Positions 1 to 11,949 of a stretch of DNA of 64,000 nucleotides are shown here, one piece after another. The notes below the pieces were generated by a model that saw nothing but the letters and a program-made list of their open reading frames with translations, did no database searches and was not told where the DNA came from. Position numbers and translations under genes: made by a program. Source of the stretch: Spongospora subterranea f. sp. subterranea (lineage: Eukaryota); assembly GCA_049724395.1 (NCBI GenBank), contig JAUGWO010000145.1:1-64000 (forward strand). The letters are read 5' to 3'. Each line of letters begins with the position of its first letter. Position 1 is the stretch's first letter.

Positions 1-1052
1 GCTGACCGAGACCGGTTTGTTATTCAGCTTGACCAGGTTCTACAGTTCGAAGGCACTCCGAAAAGGCCAACCGACGGTGATGAGCGTGGCCAAACTTCAT
101 TCAAAGTCCTGGAACACAATCGTAGAACAGATTCTGATTTTCGATAAGCATCTCAGGCCGAAGTCGTGTCTCAGCGATGGAGATATCGATAAGGATCTCA
201 GCGGAATGACGGCTGAAAGCGCTAAAGTCGCCGTGGACACATTATCATCACTTATCGGTTTACTAGGCGGCAAGGATAAGAATGTGGACTTAGCCGTTCA
301 CCATCTCGCCATCCTCCTCACTAGTTTCGCCACCAACCCCGAAAAGTTCTTGAAATGACAGACTTCCCCGAAGATGTTCCAGTTGCTACCTCGGTCATCC
401 CGATTTCCGTTTTGGTGATGGAAACCAGGCAATATATCAGCTCCCATAGCGCTTTTTATCAACAGCAATTCGGTAATTTTTTTTCTGACGCAGATGTTCC
501 CATAACGAATCGTATTATGGTCTCAAAGATCTAACCAAGCGGAATCTGCAACAGGAAATTCTTCGCGAACCCGATCTGTATACGTTAGGATTTGTGCTGC
601 CTCCTCAGGGTCTTGTTCACTTTCTGTGCATTAGATTGGTCAACACATGCCGTTTTAAATGGGGCATGTCGTCTCATGCTGCTGTAAACTTAGTGGCGTA
701 TCTGTCTTGGTATTGTGAAGAGTGCGAGAAGTGTCACAAATCAGATCCGAATCTCGCAACGGCGCCCTATCGCCTTAAGCAAAACCCCTCTCCATCGTGG
801 CATCCAGCCGCCCCTTTGCCACGTTCGCCATCGTTTGTTGGGCAACCCTTGCCATTGCCAGTGAATGCCCCGGTCAAGTTGCAATCCTCGCCATCGTCAT
901 CGAATCTCCATGTCAAGGTCCCCCGATCTCCTCGAAGCCCTGGTTCTTCACAGCTCTCGACGAAGAGGTCTTGTCCCGATACCACTCATACATACGAATC
1001 CTTTGATGATCTGGTTGGTAATTCTCCAACTGATACGGTTACAGTGGATTGA
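1..1052 (+). pseudogene. Frameshifted paralog of the secreted protein at 2797-3963 (5' end outside window)
   Basis: Colinear with 2962-3963 (e.g. VEQILIFDKHLRP, KWGMSSHAAVNLVAYLSWYCEE). Alignment needs frameshifts near 50-72, ~345 and ~525, giving stops at 356-358 and ~532. Could alternatively be assembly indel errors. Confidence 0.7.
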
Positions 1053-2796
1053 TTCTACTATTTCTGTCTTGTTCTTCCTTCGTAGACAATAGGCAACATC
1101 GCGATCAGCATTCACTAATTCTTACTCAATACATCAATTATCCCATATCTGATATCCAGAACCTCCAACTGAGTCAAAAGCGCAACGGTGTTGAGCAACA
1201 ACCCCTCGAGTTTGCGATTGTATAACTTACACGAAGGAAATCACTGAAAAGAGTTTTGACAATCATCTATCCGGTGTTTCTCACGATTTCTTTTTGTAAC
1301 AATCGTGGAAAGGACGAGCTTAGTAGATAATATGTATTCATATTTCAACTATCTGGGGCAACGAATTTATATTTGATCTAAGGCTGATACTATTATCTTT
1401 TTGGGGTTTTGTACGATCTTCAAACCTGTTCGAACAGACCCAGGAAGCCTCCTGGTGCGGTTACAGACAGCGATTAGATTGAACACACGCCGATACCTCA
1501 CCAGACTCGAGAACAGAACGTGAAATGGGCTGACGATTTCTTCGATGAAATTCGTACAAGATCAACGGGAGTGCCAACTGGTGAAAGCTAGCATCTTATC
1601 TTTCTGTGTACTCACTACCTATCAGTTCAAAATGCTTTATTGCCCTTCAACTTGATTGAGGTGCAGATCGACTGTATCCCAAAAATCGAAACTGCATGAG
1701 CAATTCAACAATAATTACTCGGTAGATACAGCAGCCCATCGGAAAATTTACACAACGAGCAATACGTTGTCTTGGTCAAACCGAGTTTATAAGTACCTCT
1801 TGGGCTTTGTTTCTATTATTATTCGTGAAGTGTAGTTCAAAAAATGCACTTCTAGAAAACGCGACAACAATGGTCTGTCCGTTTCCAACTTTGGTTTGTG
1901 ATTTTCATGCATCCGCCGACATTTCCTTGTTTTACCGGATGAAATGTTGTGCGGTGCATGTGTGCTCCTACTGCAGCTCGGGAGCTATTCAAAATCGTTC
2001 AATCGGTAGATTCAAGAACTTGCAGTATCAAATGCGCATGTGTGATCGCCAACAGACCCCCCCGTGAGAAATAGCCCCTGTTTGAAATATATTTCTATCT
2101 GCTTCAAGTTTATCTCATCATCTTCAAGTTTGTTCTCCTTGGTAATACAGCACCGAACCTCCAGGACTGCATGCGCAAAAGATTCCCAATACGTGGTAAG
2201 CCGGAACGACACCATGTTTTACCGAAGGATTACAGTACCAGCAGAAGTTCAACAAGGTTCGGAATTCGAAAAAACGGACTCAAAAAAGCAAAATAGAGTC
2301 TATTCGTGCGACCGTCGCCAGACGCCACCGAAGCGTCGCGTCGGCTATGAGGTAGCGTATCAATGTCAGCGCAACCTGCCAGCACAACACGGACACTGAA
2401 CGTCCACAGACAAGCCACCAAGTACTGTACAAAAATGATCCATAACTGTGAAGATTTGTTTGCCACTGCCAGGGTCGATCCCTGTCCGTACACTTTTGAC
2501 AGGCGACTGAAAGCACGCGTCGCGTCGGCTGTTGGGGCCACTTGTCAATGTCAGCGCAAACCTGTCTCTTGACGACAGACCCTTATATTAGGGGACGTGC
2601 CAGTGGACAAAATGATCCATAACAAGATATTTTTGTAATATTACAGTGCGATGTGTACATATGAGCATGTGTGTACGCCTGGTCAAAATCTCAGACATAG
2701 GTTGTCCTCATCTCGCATATCATTTTCGCGTTGAATGTTTGCCGTAAGTCCGAAGAACTATCGCTAGACAAACCTTGTTTTTGTGTACCCAACAAC

Positions 2797-3963
2797 ATGA
2801 CTTTACAAAAGAAAGCCATGGCCCTCAGTTTCATCACAATCACGATCCTAATTGCAGGAGCTTATGCAAATCATATCGAAACCTTTATCCAAAATCAAGC
2901 CAGTCTGATTTTTCAAGAGGATTTCAAAGCTGTTTACAGCCCTTTTACTGATGCACGGATCGCTGACCGAGAACGGTTGTTTATTCAGATCGACCAGGTT
3001 CTACAGTTCAAAAGCAGGTTGAGCGGCTTAGTGACGGTGAAGAGCGTGGCCAAACATAATTCAGAGTCCTGGAACAAAATTGTAGAACAGATTCTGATTC
3101 TCGATAAGCATCTCAGGCCGACGTCGTGTCTCAGCGATGGAGATATCGATAAAAATCTCAGCGGAATGACGGCTGAAAGCGTTGAAGTCGCCGTGGACAC
3201 ATTATCATCACTGATAGGTTTACTAGGCGGCAAGGATAAGAATGTGAATTTAGCCGTTCACTATTTCGCCATCCTCCTCACTAGTTTCGTCACCAACCCC
3301 GACGAACTTCTTGACATAACAGATCGTCCTGAAGACGTTGACGATATACATCCAGTTTCTACCTCGGTCATCCCGTCTTTCATTCTGGTTTTGGAAACCA
3401 GGCAATATATCAGCTCCCATAGCGCCTATTATCAACAGCAATACCGTAAATTCTTTTCTGATGCGGATGTTCCCATAACGGATCGTAAGGTGGCCAAGGG
3501 TAAAACCAAGCGGGATCTGGAAGAGGATATTCTTCGCGAACCCGATCTGTGTACGTTAGGACTTGTGGTCCCCCCTTTGGGTTTTATCCACTGTTTGTGC
3601 ACTAGATTGGTCAACACATGCCGTTTAAAATGGGGCATGTCGTCTCATGCTGCTGTAAACTTAGTGGCGTATCTGTCTTGGTATTGTGAAGAGCGCAAGA
3701 AGGGTCTTAAATCAGGTCCGAATCTCGCAAAGGCACCTTATCTCCTTGAGCAGAACCCCGCTCCATCATGGCCTAGAGCCGCCCCTTCGCCACGTTCGCC
3801 TTTGTGGTTATCGAATCTCCATGTCAAAATCCCGCGATTTCCTCGAAGCCCTGGTTCTCCACAGCTCCCGACGAAGAAGTCTTGTCCCGATACCGCTCAC
3901 ACATACGAATCCTTCGATGATCTGTTCAAAACTGCTCCAACTGATACGATTACAGTCAATTGA
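2797..3963 (+). CDS. Intronless secreted orphan protein (candidate effector) with Ser/Pro-rich C-terminus
   Basis: ATG at 2797 gives MTLQKKAMALSFITITILIAGAYA (signal-peptide-like, A-x-A cleavage). Open ~389 codons with repeated SP/RSP motifs in the tail. No recognised domain. Confidence 0.75.
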   Translation: MTLQKKAMALSFITITILIAGAYANHIETFIQNQASLIFQEDFKAVYSPFTDARIADRERLFIQIDQVLQFKSRLSGLVTVKSVAKHNSESWNKIVEQILILDKHLRPTSCLSDGDIDKNLSGMTAESVEVAVDTLSSLIGLLGGKDKNVNLAVHYFAILLTSFVTNPDELLDITDRPEDVDDIHPVSTSVIPSFILVLETRQYISSHSAYYQQQYRKFFSDADVPITDRKVAKGKTKRDLEEDILREPDLCTLGLVVPPLGFIHCLCTRLVNTCRLKWGMSSHAAVNLVAYLSWYCEERKKGLKSGPNLAKAPYLLEQNPAPSWPRAAPSPRSPLWLSNLHVKIPRFPRSPGSPQLPTKKSCPDTAHTYESFDDLFKTAPTDTITVN

Positions 3964-4959
3964 TTCCACTACGTGTGTCTTGATCTTCCTTGGTAGCCAA
4001 ATATATGCAACATCGCGATCAACATTCACTAAATTTACATAGTCAATAGATCAATTATCTCCATTTTTATATCCAGAACCTCCAACTGAGGCAAAAGCGG
4101 AACGGGCTGGAGCAACAACTCCCTGATGTAGTAATTGTGTAACTTGCGCGAAGGAAATCACTGAAAAGAGTTTTCACAACCATCGATCCAGATTTTCTCT
4201 CGCGATTTCTCTTTGTGGCAAGCGTGGGGAATTTTCAACAAACGAGCTCTCGTAGACAATGTGCATTCATATTTTAACCCATCTGGGCAACGAATCTAGA
4301 CTGACACTGTCATTTTGTTGAGTTCAATATCGAACGGGCTCAGGGACCTTCTGGGAAGGTTATAGAAAGCGACCACGATAGAACGATTTCGAACGACCGC
4401 CGATACGCTCAGAAAGCCTTATGATGTCTCGACAAACAGAACCAGACCTGTGAACAAAACGTGGAATGGCCTTCGAGGAACCTGTATAAGCAACTGGGGC
4501 ACCAACTGGTGAGAGCTTAGCATCTAACTTATCTTACAGTTCGATTTACTCTTGTGTCTCTCAACTTGATTGAGCTGCAGATTTGGTGATACAGCAGCCA
4601 GGCAACATATTTCAAACGAGCCATACGTTTTTCGTCAAACCGAGTGTATCCTTGGTCTTTGTTTGTTGTGTTATCTGTAAAGGCTACTTAAAGATGCATT
4701 TCATCAAACAGCGTGGACGAAAATAGTCTGTCCTCTTTTTCAACATTATTTTGTATTTTTCACGCTCCCTCGTTTTTCTGGCCTTCACATCAGCAGCAAT
4801 TCTTCCTTGTTCGAAGCCTACTTAGCTAGACGTCATCTACGCGAATAATGTGCAAACAGCAAAATTCTCTGCAATCTGCATTCCAGCGCCGTGTCGCTGT
4901 TTTCTGCAGTTGAATTATTTGAAGAAGCTCTGTAGAACGGCATCATGCTCTTCATCATT

Positions 4960-5377
4960 GAGGGTACTCGTAACTGGCGCAATTCGGGCACTGTTCAAAT
5001 AGGTCATGTGCTTTGCGTCTCCAGAGTGCTCCTGTTGCGATTAGATCATGCCCCTACTCAGGGGTCAGCGTTCTATAACGCATCTCTCTGGCCTTGACAT
5101 CAATGATTAAAATTGTCTCCTGGAATCCATTCAAAATAGTCTCCAGTGATACTTTGATGAAATCGCATGGCCATCTTGACCTGTCGATAATTTCTTTGCC
5201 GAAGTTGAATAACTTAGCGCAACTGAATGTATCGCAATGGCCTTTGAGCTCAGGGTCTCGGGATGCCCTGCCGGATCGCTGAACATAATCACTCGGCGAG
5301 GAAAACATCCCCTCATCAATGATCAGTCCAAAGTCGAGGCGATTAACGCCCAGGCCAAACGCAATCGTGGCGACCAT
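4960..5377 (-). pseudogene. Degenerate RecQ-like SF2 helicase C-terminal fragment
   Basis: VATIAFGLGVN...DYVQRSGRASRD matches RecQ motifs V/VI (VATxAFGMGID...YxQExGRAGRD). In-frame stop at 5054, then a CPNC remnant. No recognisable motifs I-III upstream. Confidence 0.6.
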
Positions 5378-6164
5378 TATTGCTGTCGAACATCTGGAGT
5401 AATCCTAACATTCTGGATTGAGTCGAAGATCTTCAAAGTGATCTGATAATTGAACCCTCCCAGGAAGAGGTGATTATACAAATACTTATTGTCGAAATTA
5501 ACGCATTCTTGTTAAATGCACCTCCGAAGTTTCTTCGGTTATTTAATCCCGAACCTTGAAAACAAAACGAAAAGCATCAACAGCATCGACAATACGGAAA
5601 CTGACCCCGCCAATGTCCAAAAAGTATTTCTCATTTTTCTTTCAAGTTATTAGTACGATCTTCTGTTGATTTTACCAAAAACGTGGTGTTGATTTCTTTT
5701 CTTGGGATCACTTATACCAACTGCACGATGCACGTGATCCACGTCGTAAAATGATCCTCGGCATCGTCTGACTCAGACATTATGGATCGGTCTGTTTCAG
5801 TGACCTTTGTCGATAATAAGGTTGTCGGTTGTGGGCCAGTCGTGACAAATGCTAAACCTAACCGCGATGATTGAGGCATTGTCATTGAATTTCGAACAGA
5901 TTCAATAGATGATGAGATAATATCACGTGTTGAACCCATTGGACGCAGTGTCGGGTGGGCAAATTGCCTTCCGATATTAGATCGGAAGAGAATCGCGAGT
6001 ACCGCGATCAGTGGATCAAATCTGGTGCTGTGGTGAAGTGGAGTGTGTGGACCGGTTCTAGAAGGGCCAAATATCCAGGAACCAAAGTCAGATTGTGAAT
6101 TGATCGGGTTCATATTGATGATCAAATATCATGTCGTCAAGACCCATCATGAACCAGTAAATCA

Positions 6165-7511
6165 ATGCGATCTCCAACGTCCTTTCCTGTTCTCGTTCTG
6201 CTGATTCTGTTCGTGAGCGTCGGATCGACAGTGATTGTGGAGAATGGACCAGATCGCCCGCTCGCCTCATTCCCATCGTTCACCTATTTGCACGGGAACG
6301 ACACGTTCAACGTGTCGGGGCCGGCCGTTTTCATCCCCGGTCGGCTGATTCCCGATAACATGATCGTGGCCGACTCGATCATCATCGTCGACTACATCGT
6401 CCAGCCCCTAATCCATCTCTGGGCCGGTCAATGCCAGGCCAAACACTGCCTGGGGGTGGTCATGTGGAACCTCGACCGAATGTGGGATTTCGTCGCCTGG
6501 CGCTACGTCACGTTCTCCACTGTCCCCTGTGTGGTGATCGCCCAGCACGATCCTTTGCCGATCGGTGAGCTCGCTGACCGCGTCATCAACATGAACTCGG
6601 CCGATGCTCAAGGCGCTTCTTCCCCAACCCAACAGCTCGTCGACAATTCCCTGGTATCGACATGGTTCTTCCTATGTTGGTTCGTCAACGTCGTCGTCGT
6701 CGTTCTCGCCCTGTACAAAGCGGCGACGTTCCTGTTCGACCTTGAAGGGAATCTTCGCCCGCTGGAGTTATTCCCTTTTCTCGTGTTCATATTCCAAATA
6801 TCTGCCAGCGGGATTCGCGGCTGTTGGTTCCTGGACGCGTTCTTCTTCCATTGGGTCGGGTTATCGCCCCGATTCTATCGATATTCATCCAGCGGGCACG
6901 TCCCCTTCGCCATGTCGTCGATTCTGGTCGTCAGTCTGGCGATGCACTCGCTGGCCGAAGCTGGCCATGCCGTATCCCGCATCCACACCATGACCGTCGC
7001 CGGCATCGTCTCGTTCTGCGTTTGCGCTCTGATCGGTGACGAGCTCCAGATCATCATCAGCACCGTTACGCTGAGCGATGACCAGTTTAATAACACCATT
7101 CCTGGCGTCATCTACTTCTTCCTCAACATGCCCATCGCCCTCACCAACATCTTCTTCGCCCGACAGATCTCCAAATCTCTCTCCCTCGATTCCAATCCGA
7201 ATATTCCCCGGTTTATTGGTCTGGTCGCGTTGAGCGCCGTGATCGGGATCGTACTGGTGTGTTTGTTGATCTTGTACAGTTTCATCGAGGGGATTGTCAG
7301 CCCGTTCCACATTCTGTTCACAAGTCTGGTCCTGTTTCTCGAGACATTACAAGGGTTCCTAAGCGTATCGGCGTTCGTTCAAAACCGTTCGATCGCGCGC
7401 AGCTACCTGGTCGCGGTCTGTAATCGCCCAAGGAGGGTTCCTGGGTCTGTTCGAACCGACTCGAAGATTGTCCAGAAACCCAAGAATGTGGTAGTTTCAG
7501 CCCCAGTATAG
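6165..7511 (+). CDS. Signal peptide + PA (protease-associated)-like ectodomain + ~7 TM segments; receptor/GPCR-like membrane protein
   Basis: Single 448-aa ORF with a hydrophobic N-terminus. IIIVDY...QCQAKHCLGVVMWN...VPCVVI resembles the PA-domain pattern. About seven hydrophobic stretches follow residue ~160, then a basic tail. Confidence 0.7.
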   Translation: MRSPTSFPVLVLLILFVSVGSTVIVENGPDRPLASFPSFTYLHGNDTFNVSGPAVFIPGRLIPDNMIVADSIIIVDYIVQPLIHLWAGQCQAKHCLGVVMWNLDRMWDFVAWRYVTFSTVPCVVIAQHDPLPIGELADRVINMNSADAQGASSPTQQLVDNSLVSTWFFLCWFVNVVVVVLALYKAATFLFDLEGNLRPLELFPFLVFIFQISASGIRGCWFLDAFFFHWVGLSPRFYRYSSSGHVPFAMSSILVVSLAMHSLAEAGHAVSRIHTMTVAGIVSFCVCALIGDELQIIISTVTLSDDQFNNTIPGVIYFFLNMPIALTNIFFARQISKSLSLDSNPNIPRFIGLVALSAVIGIVLVCLLILYSFIEGIVSPFHILFTSLVLFLETLQGFLSVSAFVQNRSIARSYLVAVCNRPRRVPGSVRTDSKIVQKPKNVVVSAPV

Positions 7512-7701
7512 ACTCGTTGCCCAATGTGGATTAAACTATGAATAAATTCAATATAATAGCGCTCGTGTGTTTGGTGTCTTCAACGATTGCCACAACTGTG
7601 GTGACACCGGTCAGATCTAGCTGATATTGAGCATGAGACAAGGTCGTGTCCTCACACAGGACGACAGCTTACCAGAGCAGCTGACGAGTATGAGAGCTGA
7701 A

Positions 7702-7942
7702 CAAGAACGAGTTCAGACAGCGGCGCGTTCTGACCGCCATTCCGATGGCATTCGCTCGATACCCCACTGTCATCGAGAAGGTGAATACCATCGCTTCGCA
7801 CCTCGCTGTCCAGAGATCACTTCGCCAACAGGTTTAGCGTTGGGTATATATTTTGGGTATCCATCTTTCGATGACAGTGGCGTATCGAGCTAAGGCCAAC
7901 GGAATGGCGGTATGACCGCACCGCTATCTGAAATCGTTCTTG
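7702..7942. repeat. Long imperfect inverted repeat (arms 7702-7789 and 7856-7942, ~66-nt loop)
   Basis: Left arm caagaacgagttcagacagcggcgcgttctgaccgccattccg...gaatacc matches the reverse complement of the right arm caagaacgatttcagatagcggtgcggtcataccgccattccg...ggatacc, with ~12 mismatches and 1 indel. Confidence 0.9.
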
Positions 7943-8785
7943 GGAAACCCTGGTACCGGAGGAGCAGACCCGGTGGGATCGCGTTCTCCCGTATCTGACG
8001 TTATAGCCAAGGCGTAGTCGGACAACGGGACACACACCGTATTTACTGGAGTTGGGGAGACCCTGCGCCGGGGACCAGCAGTTATAACTTGCCGATTCTC
8101 CACTGGCGCAGCGCGATAACTTGGAGTGTCTCCGACGAAGGCCTCGAGCGGTTCGTTAAAAGTGTTGACGATAAGGTATTGATTTTCGCGTCTGTGAGAT
8201 TACAGCCAGCCATTGACGGCGCTCGTCAACGGATAAACATTTCTGGGGCCCGGCAATCAGGGTTCAAATTGACAACCCGTCGTCTTATGATGGTTGCAAC
8301 TACGGTGCTAATACAGGATAATACCCATCGGGAGAGCAACCTGGGGCAATCTGCACATCAGCCAAGCTGGTCCATCGTGATGTTACTTCAATATCGTGAC
8401 CGTTGATTTTTGTTCCTACGTGATTTCTAGCACTGTTTTGTGTGCTCCCACCCCCCGTAAAATCATCACCTGGCCTATACTCAGCTGTCATCTCTCCGAA
8501 GATGATGTGTTCAAATGGCAGCACCACTATAAATGGCCAGGGATGACTGGGTGAACGTTACCCACAGATGACAGTACAGTAACCACTGAACCAGTCTATT
8601 CCAGATACACATGGTCAACTCTCAACTGGGACTGTATGACTTGAGGCAACACCACAGCACCACTCACCGCCCATCGTGTCTCACCCGTAACACGAGTTTT
8701 TGAAATCGTTTCTGAGCTGAGTTCCGAATGGATTTCTTCGGAATGTCCCACAGTTGATAACGGGGTTTGAGTTCCTGGTCTGAAA

Positions 8786-11188
8786 ATGACCCGAATAACT
8801 GTGATAAAAACCGAGCGTGATGCATCGCCAAATGATGACTTCAAAACCCACTTGAAGATCTCGACGCACCTGAACAGCTCGTCTTTCGGCTGTGTTATAC
8901 ACATAGTTCAAGGGGTATCCTTGTTGTCGATTATTCCGACATTGTCGCGTCTCTGGGCAGTATCTCTGCACCCGCCCAGCACGTTTGTGGTCGCCGTCTT
9001 GATCCAAGGGCTCGTCGAGGATTGCGCCATGTCTCTGCAGCTGTTCCCAATTCTGCTTATAGTTCTGAAAACGGCTCCCAGATGTCTGTTCATCGCCACA
9101 ACTGTCATAGTCGCTATCGCATCGGTTCTGCCCATAGTTGATTTGAGCATTCAAATTGGGGGGTTCACTCGTTTATCGATCGTCGAAGTTCGTACCGTTT
9201 TCCTGCATTTTCCTGCCATGTTCTCGTCGATCAGGAATCGCCTTTTCACCGATACATCAGTCAGATATATCACGCTCTACCTAATATTATTGACATTTGT
9301 CGCCATGGCTGTCAATAGGGTCTTATCGTTAATGCCCAAACCAACAGCCAAGATGATTTTGGGCTGCCTTACAGCGTACGTCTTTGTCGTGAATTTCGCG
9401 CTTTCTTTGAGATATCTGGAATCCCGACAGCTGATCTATACTGCCGGCAATACCAATTTCAATATGCAGTTCGGAAATATGGCCTTGAGGAATACCAATA
9501 TCAAGGGACGTGGCAATGTTGGCATCCATCTGACCTCGGTCCTGGATCCATCCGAACTCTACATTCAGGCCGACGGTGAGCACCCATTATGGCGCCAAAC
9601 TCAGGCGTTCCTCGGGGATAAAGAATTCTCCATCAACATCAATCCGGATAAACGCCCGAGTCTGCTATTGCTCAATATGGAGAGCTGGGGCCATTCTGTC
9701 GTTGGAAAACTGAGCGGACACCATGGCGATAAAAGCCTGACGCCCAATTTCGATAAGTTGACTTCTAAAGGTGTATTGTTCAGGTCCCATTTCAATCCAG
9801 GGTACACAGGCAACACATCGGTTCTAATTTCCAAGGACTGAATTATGTCCGCATCAGGCTTCAAACCACAAACACCCTGTTGAGCCAGCTCTATGGCGTC
9901 AAACCTCGGTATTCCCATGAGCCGTCAGTTGAAGAGCATGCGTCTTCGTTCGTCGGTCAGAGTTTGACTAACATTTTACGTCTAAACGACTACCGATGCG
10001 AGTTCATCTCGGCTGTGGATATGTCTTGGCATAACTGGGCTCAGTTCCTGAACACGACCCGTTTCGACCAGATTCACGACGGATATTCGATTCCGGACAT
10101 CCTCAAATCTGTCGGGCGTAAAGAGCATTGGTACGTTTGGAGCCACGTCGCCATCCGAATCTAACCAGGTTCCAGGATGTCACATGAGTATCTAACTTGG
10201 GGATTGTTCGACGAGGACGCCCTGTTTGCGGTTGAGGCGCGCGTCGAGGAGCTCTCCAAGTCCGATCGCCCATTCTTCATCGATTGGTATTCAGTGACGT
10301 CTCATGATCCCTATACTGTAAAGATGTTGTTGAACCCCACGAACGTATCTGCATTTTCACACTTGTCCGTTCAGCTACCCGAAGAATCGCCCGAAAATAA
10401 GATGGATGGGAGCCTGTTTTCACAAAACAGATTGGACGCCGAATACGAAAGAGCCATCCTGTACTCGGATCGCCAGGTCTTCTGGAACATTGTCTGGCTT
10501 TGTAGCTCTCGTCATCTAACCGTTCTCTTTCGGCAGCTTGGGGATTTCATGGGAAGATTGACCGACAAAGGGCTGATAAAGAACCTGATCGTGATCATCA
10601 CGGGCGATCATGGCAAACTGATGGGGGATCTATCGTTCTCTGCGATGACGCCCGAGAATATGATCGACGATCCCTATAGTCATATTCCCCTGGTCATCAT
10701 CCCGTCCGACGACTTGATCACCGCGCACGACGCGCGCGGAACTACAATCGACCACGTCTCGTCCCACTACGATCTGCTGGCCACGTGTGCAGATATGCTG
10801 GAGCTACCGCCGTAAGCGATTGCCAATCGTCGGTCAATCCATTCTGAGGGATGGCGTTCCAGGTTCTGGCAGCATAGCGTTGGCCGATCGTTGATGAGGA
10901 AACCAGCACCTAATCGTCAGGTCATCGTCGATCAACCTCAGCCGGGTTTCGAGACCATCTCGGTTATTCGCGACGATGTCAAATTCGTATTCGACGTTGA
11001 GGGGCACAAGATGTTCTGTAATGGATAGAACAGAACACACTGGCGAACAATCAAATCTGAAAGACTGTTCGACAAGTCCCTATAGTGTTGATGCTCATGA
11101 AGTACACGTATGGGCGGATTCCCTATTTAGGACCTTCGAAGATGGCTATCATCGTAGCGCGTTTTCACCAAACAGAACAAATATATAG
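8786..11188 (+). CDS. Membrane-anchored LtaS/MdoB-type (alkaline phosphatase/sulfatase superfamily) enzyme, multi-exon
   Basis: N-terminal TM helices, then LLLNMESW, TPNFDKL, spliced PGLQTTNT, WGLFDE, TSHDPY, IITGDHG, HIPLVII and SSHYDLLAT, in the order seen in LTA-synthase-family proteins. Several short GT-AG introns. Exact ends uncertain. Confidence 0.8.
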
Positions 11189-11455
11189 TTGCACAAAGTC
11201 AACTTGTACAATCGCAAAAACGCTTTGGGGATGCCGATGTCTTTCTTTCTGGCAATCAAATCCTAATTCGGACTGGCGAGGTTGTTAAACTTCAGAAACA
11301 CAGCGGTTATCCTGCTAAGGGAACCAGCGAAGGCCAGGGAGGCTTGTGTATATAGCTAGATTGTTTATGGACAGTATTTCATGTCTAAACGTCAAGTGAA
11401 ATCGACGAGTAAAAACATTGATGTGGTGTGATGCATTTATTCGACAGAGTCGATT

Positions 11456-11683
11456 TTAACTGAAAAATACGCAATTAGCATGAAGGAATGATTGGGCATC
11501 TACAAATCCTACTCCGTTCAGATCCGGTTTTGCCTTCTTTATAGTCACGACAAGGTGAAACAGGACTTCCCCACGCTTCAGAGCTTCGGAACGCGCTGGC
11601 TCCTTCAGGGCAGCGCGCACGGCCTGCGACGCGACCGATACGTACTTCAGATATGTCAGCCCTGCATCGCGCCAGAACACCAT
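11456..11683 (-). CDS. ATP15: Mitochondrial F1 ATP synthase subunit epsilon
   Basis: MVFWRDAGLTYLKYVSVASQAVRAALKE matches the family motif WRxAGLxYxxYxxIxAxxVRxALK. The 3' end may be spliced. Confidence 0.85.
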   Translation of the reverse strand: MVFWRDAGLTYLKYVSVASQAVRAALKEPARSEALKRGEVLFHLVVTIKKAKPDLNGVGFVDAQSFLHANCVFFS

Positions 11684-11949
11684 TTGTGCAACAACGAAAC
11701 TCGCTATGCGTTGGCCCGTCGTGCCAAGTTCCCAGCGGTTCCACCAGGTCGCGTGGCCGCGTGAATCTGGACACTCGACCAGTATCGGACATGTTCATCA
11801 CAGTGTATAATTCCACTACTCAGAGCATTCCTTTTTGACCGCGCACGGTTATTTACGTGTTGTACACACTAACTCATGAGTAACTTTGGGAATTTTGCAA
11901 AATTAACGATTTTGTGTTTACGAGTGCCAAAAGCCAAAATTGCGACGCT

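Larger units (their letters stand above)
1..4770. repeat. Tandem segmental duplication: 1-~1915 similar to 2962-~4770
   Basis: Coding and 3' flanking sequence align, e.g. tatccagaacctccaactgag and gaaggaaatcactgaaaagagtttt occur in both copies. Confidence 0.9.
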
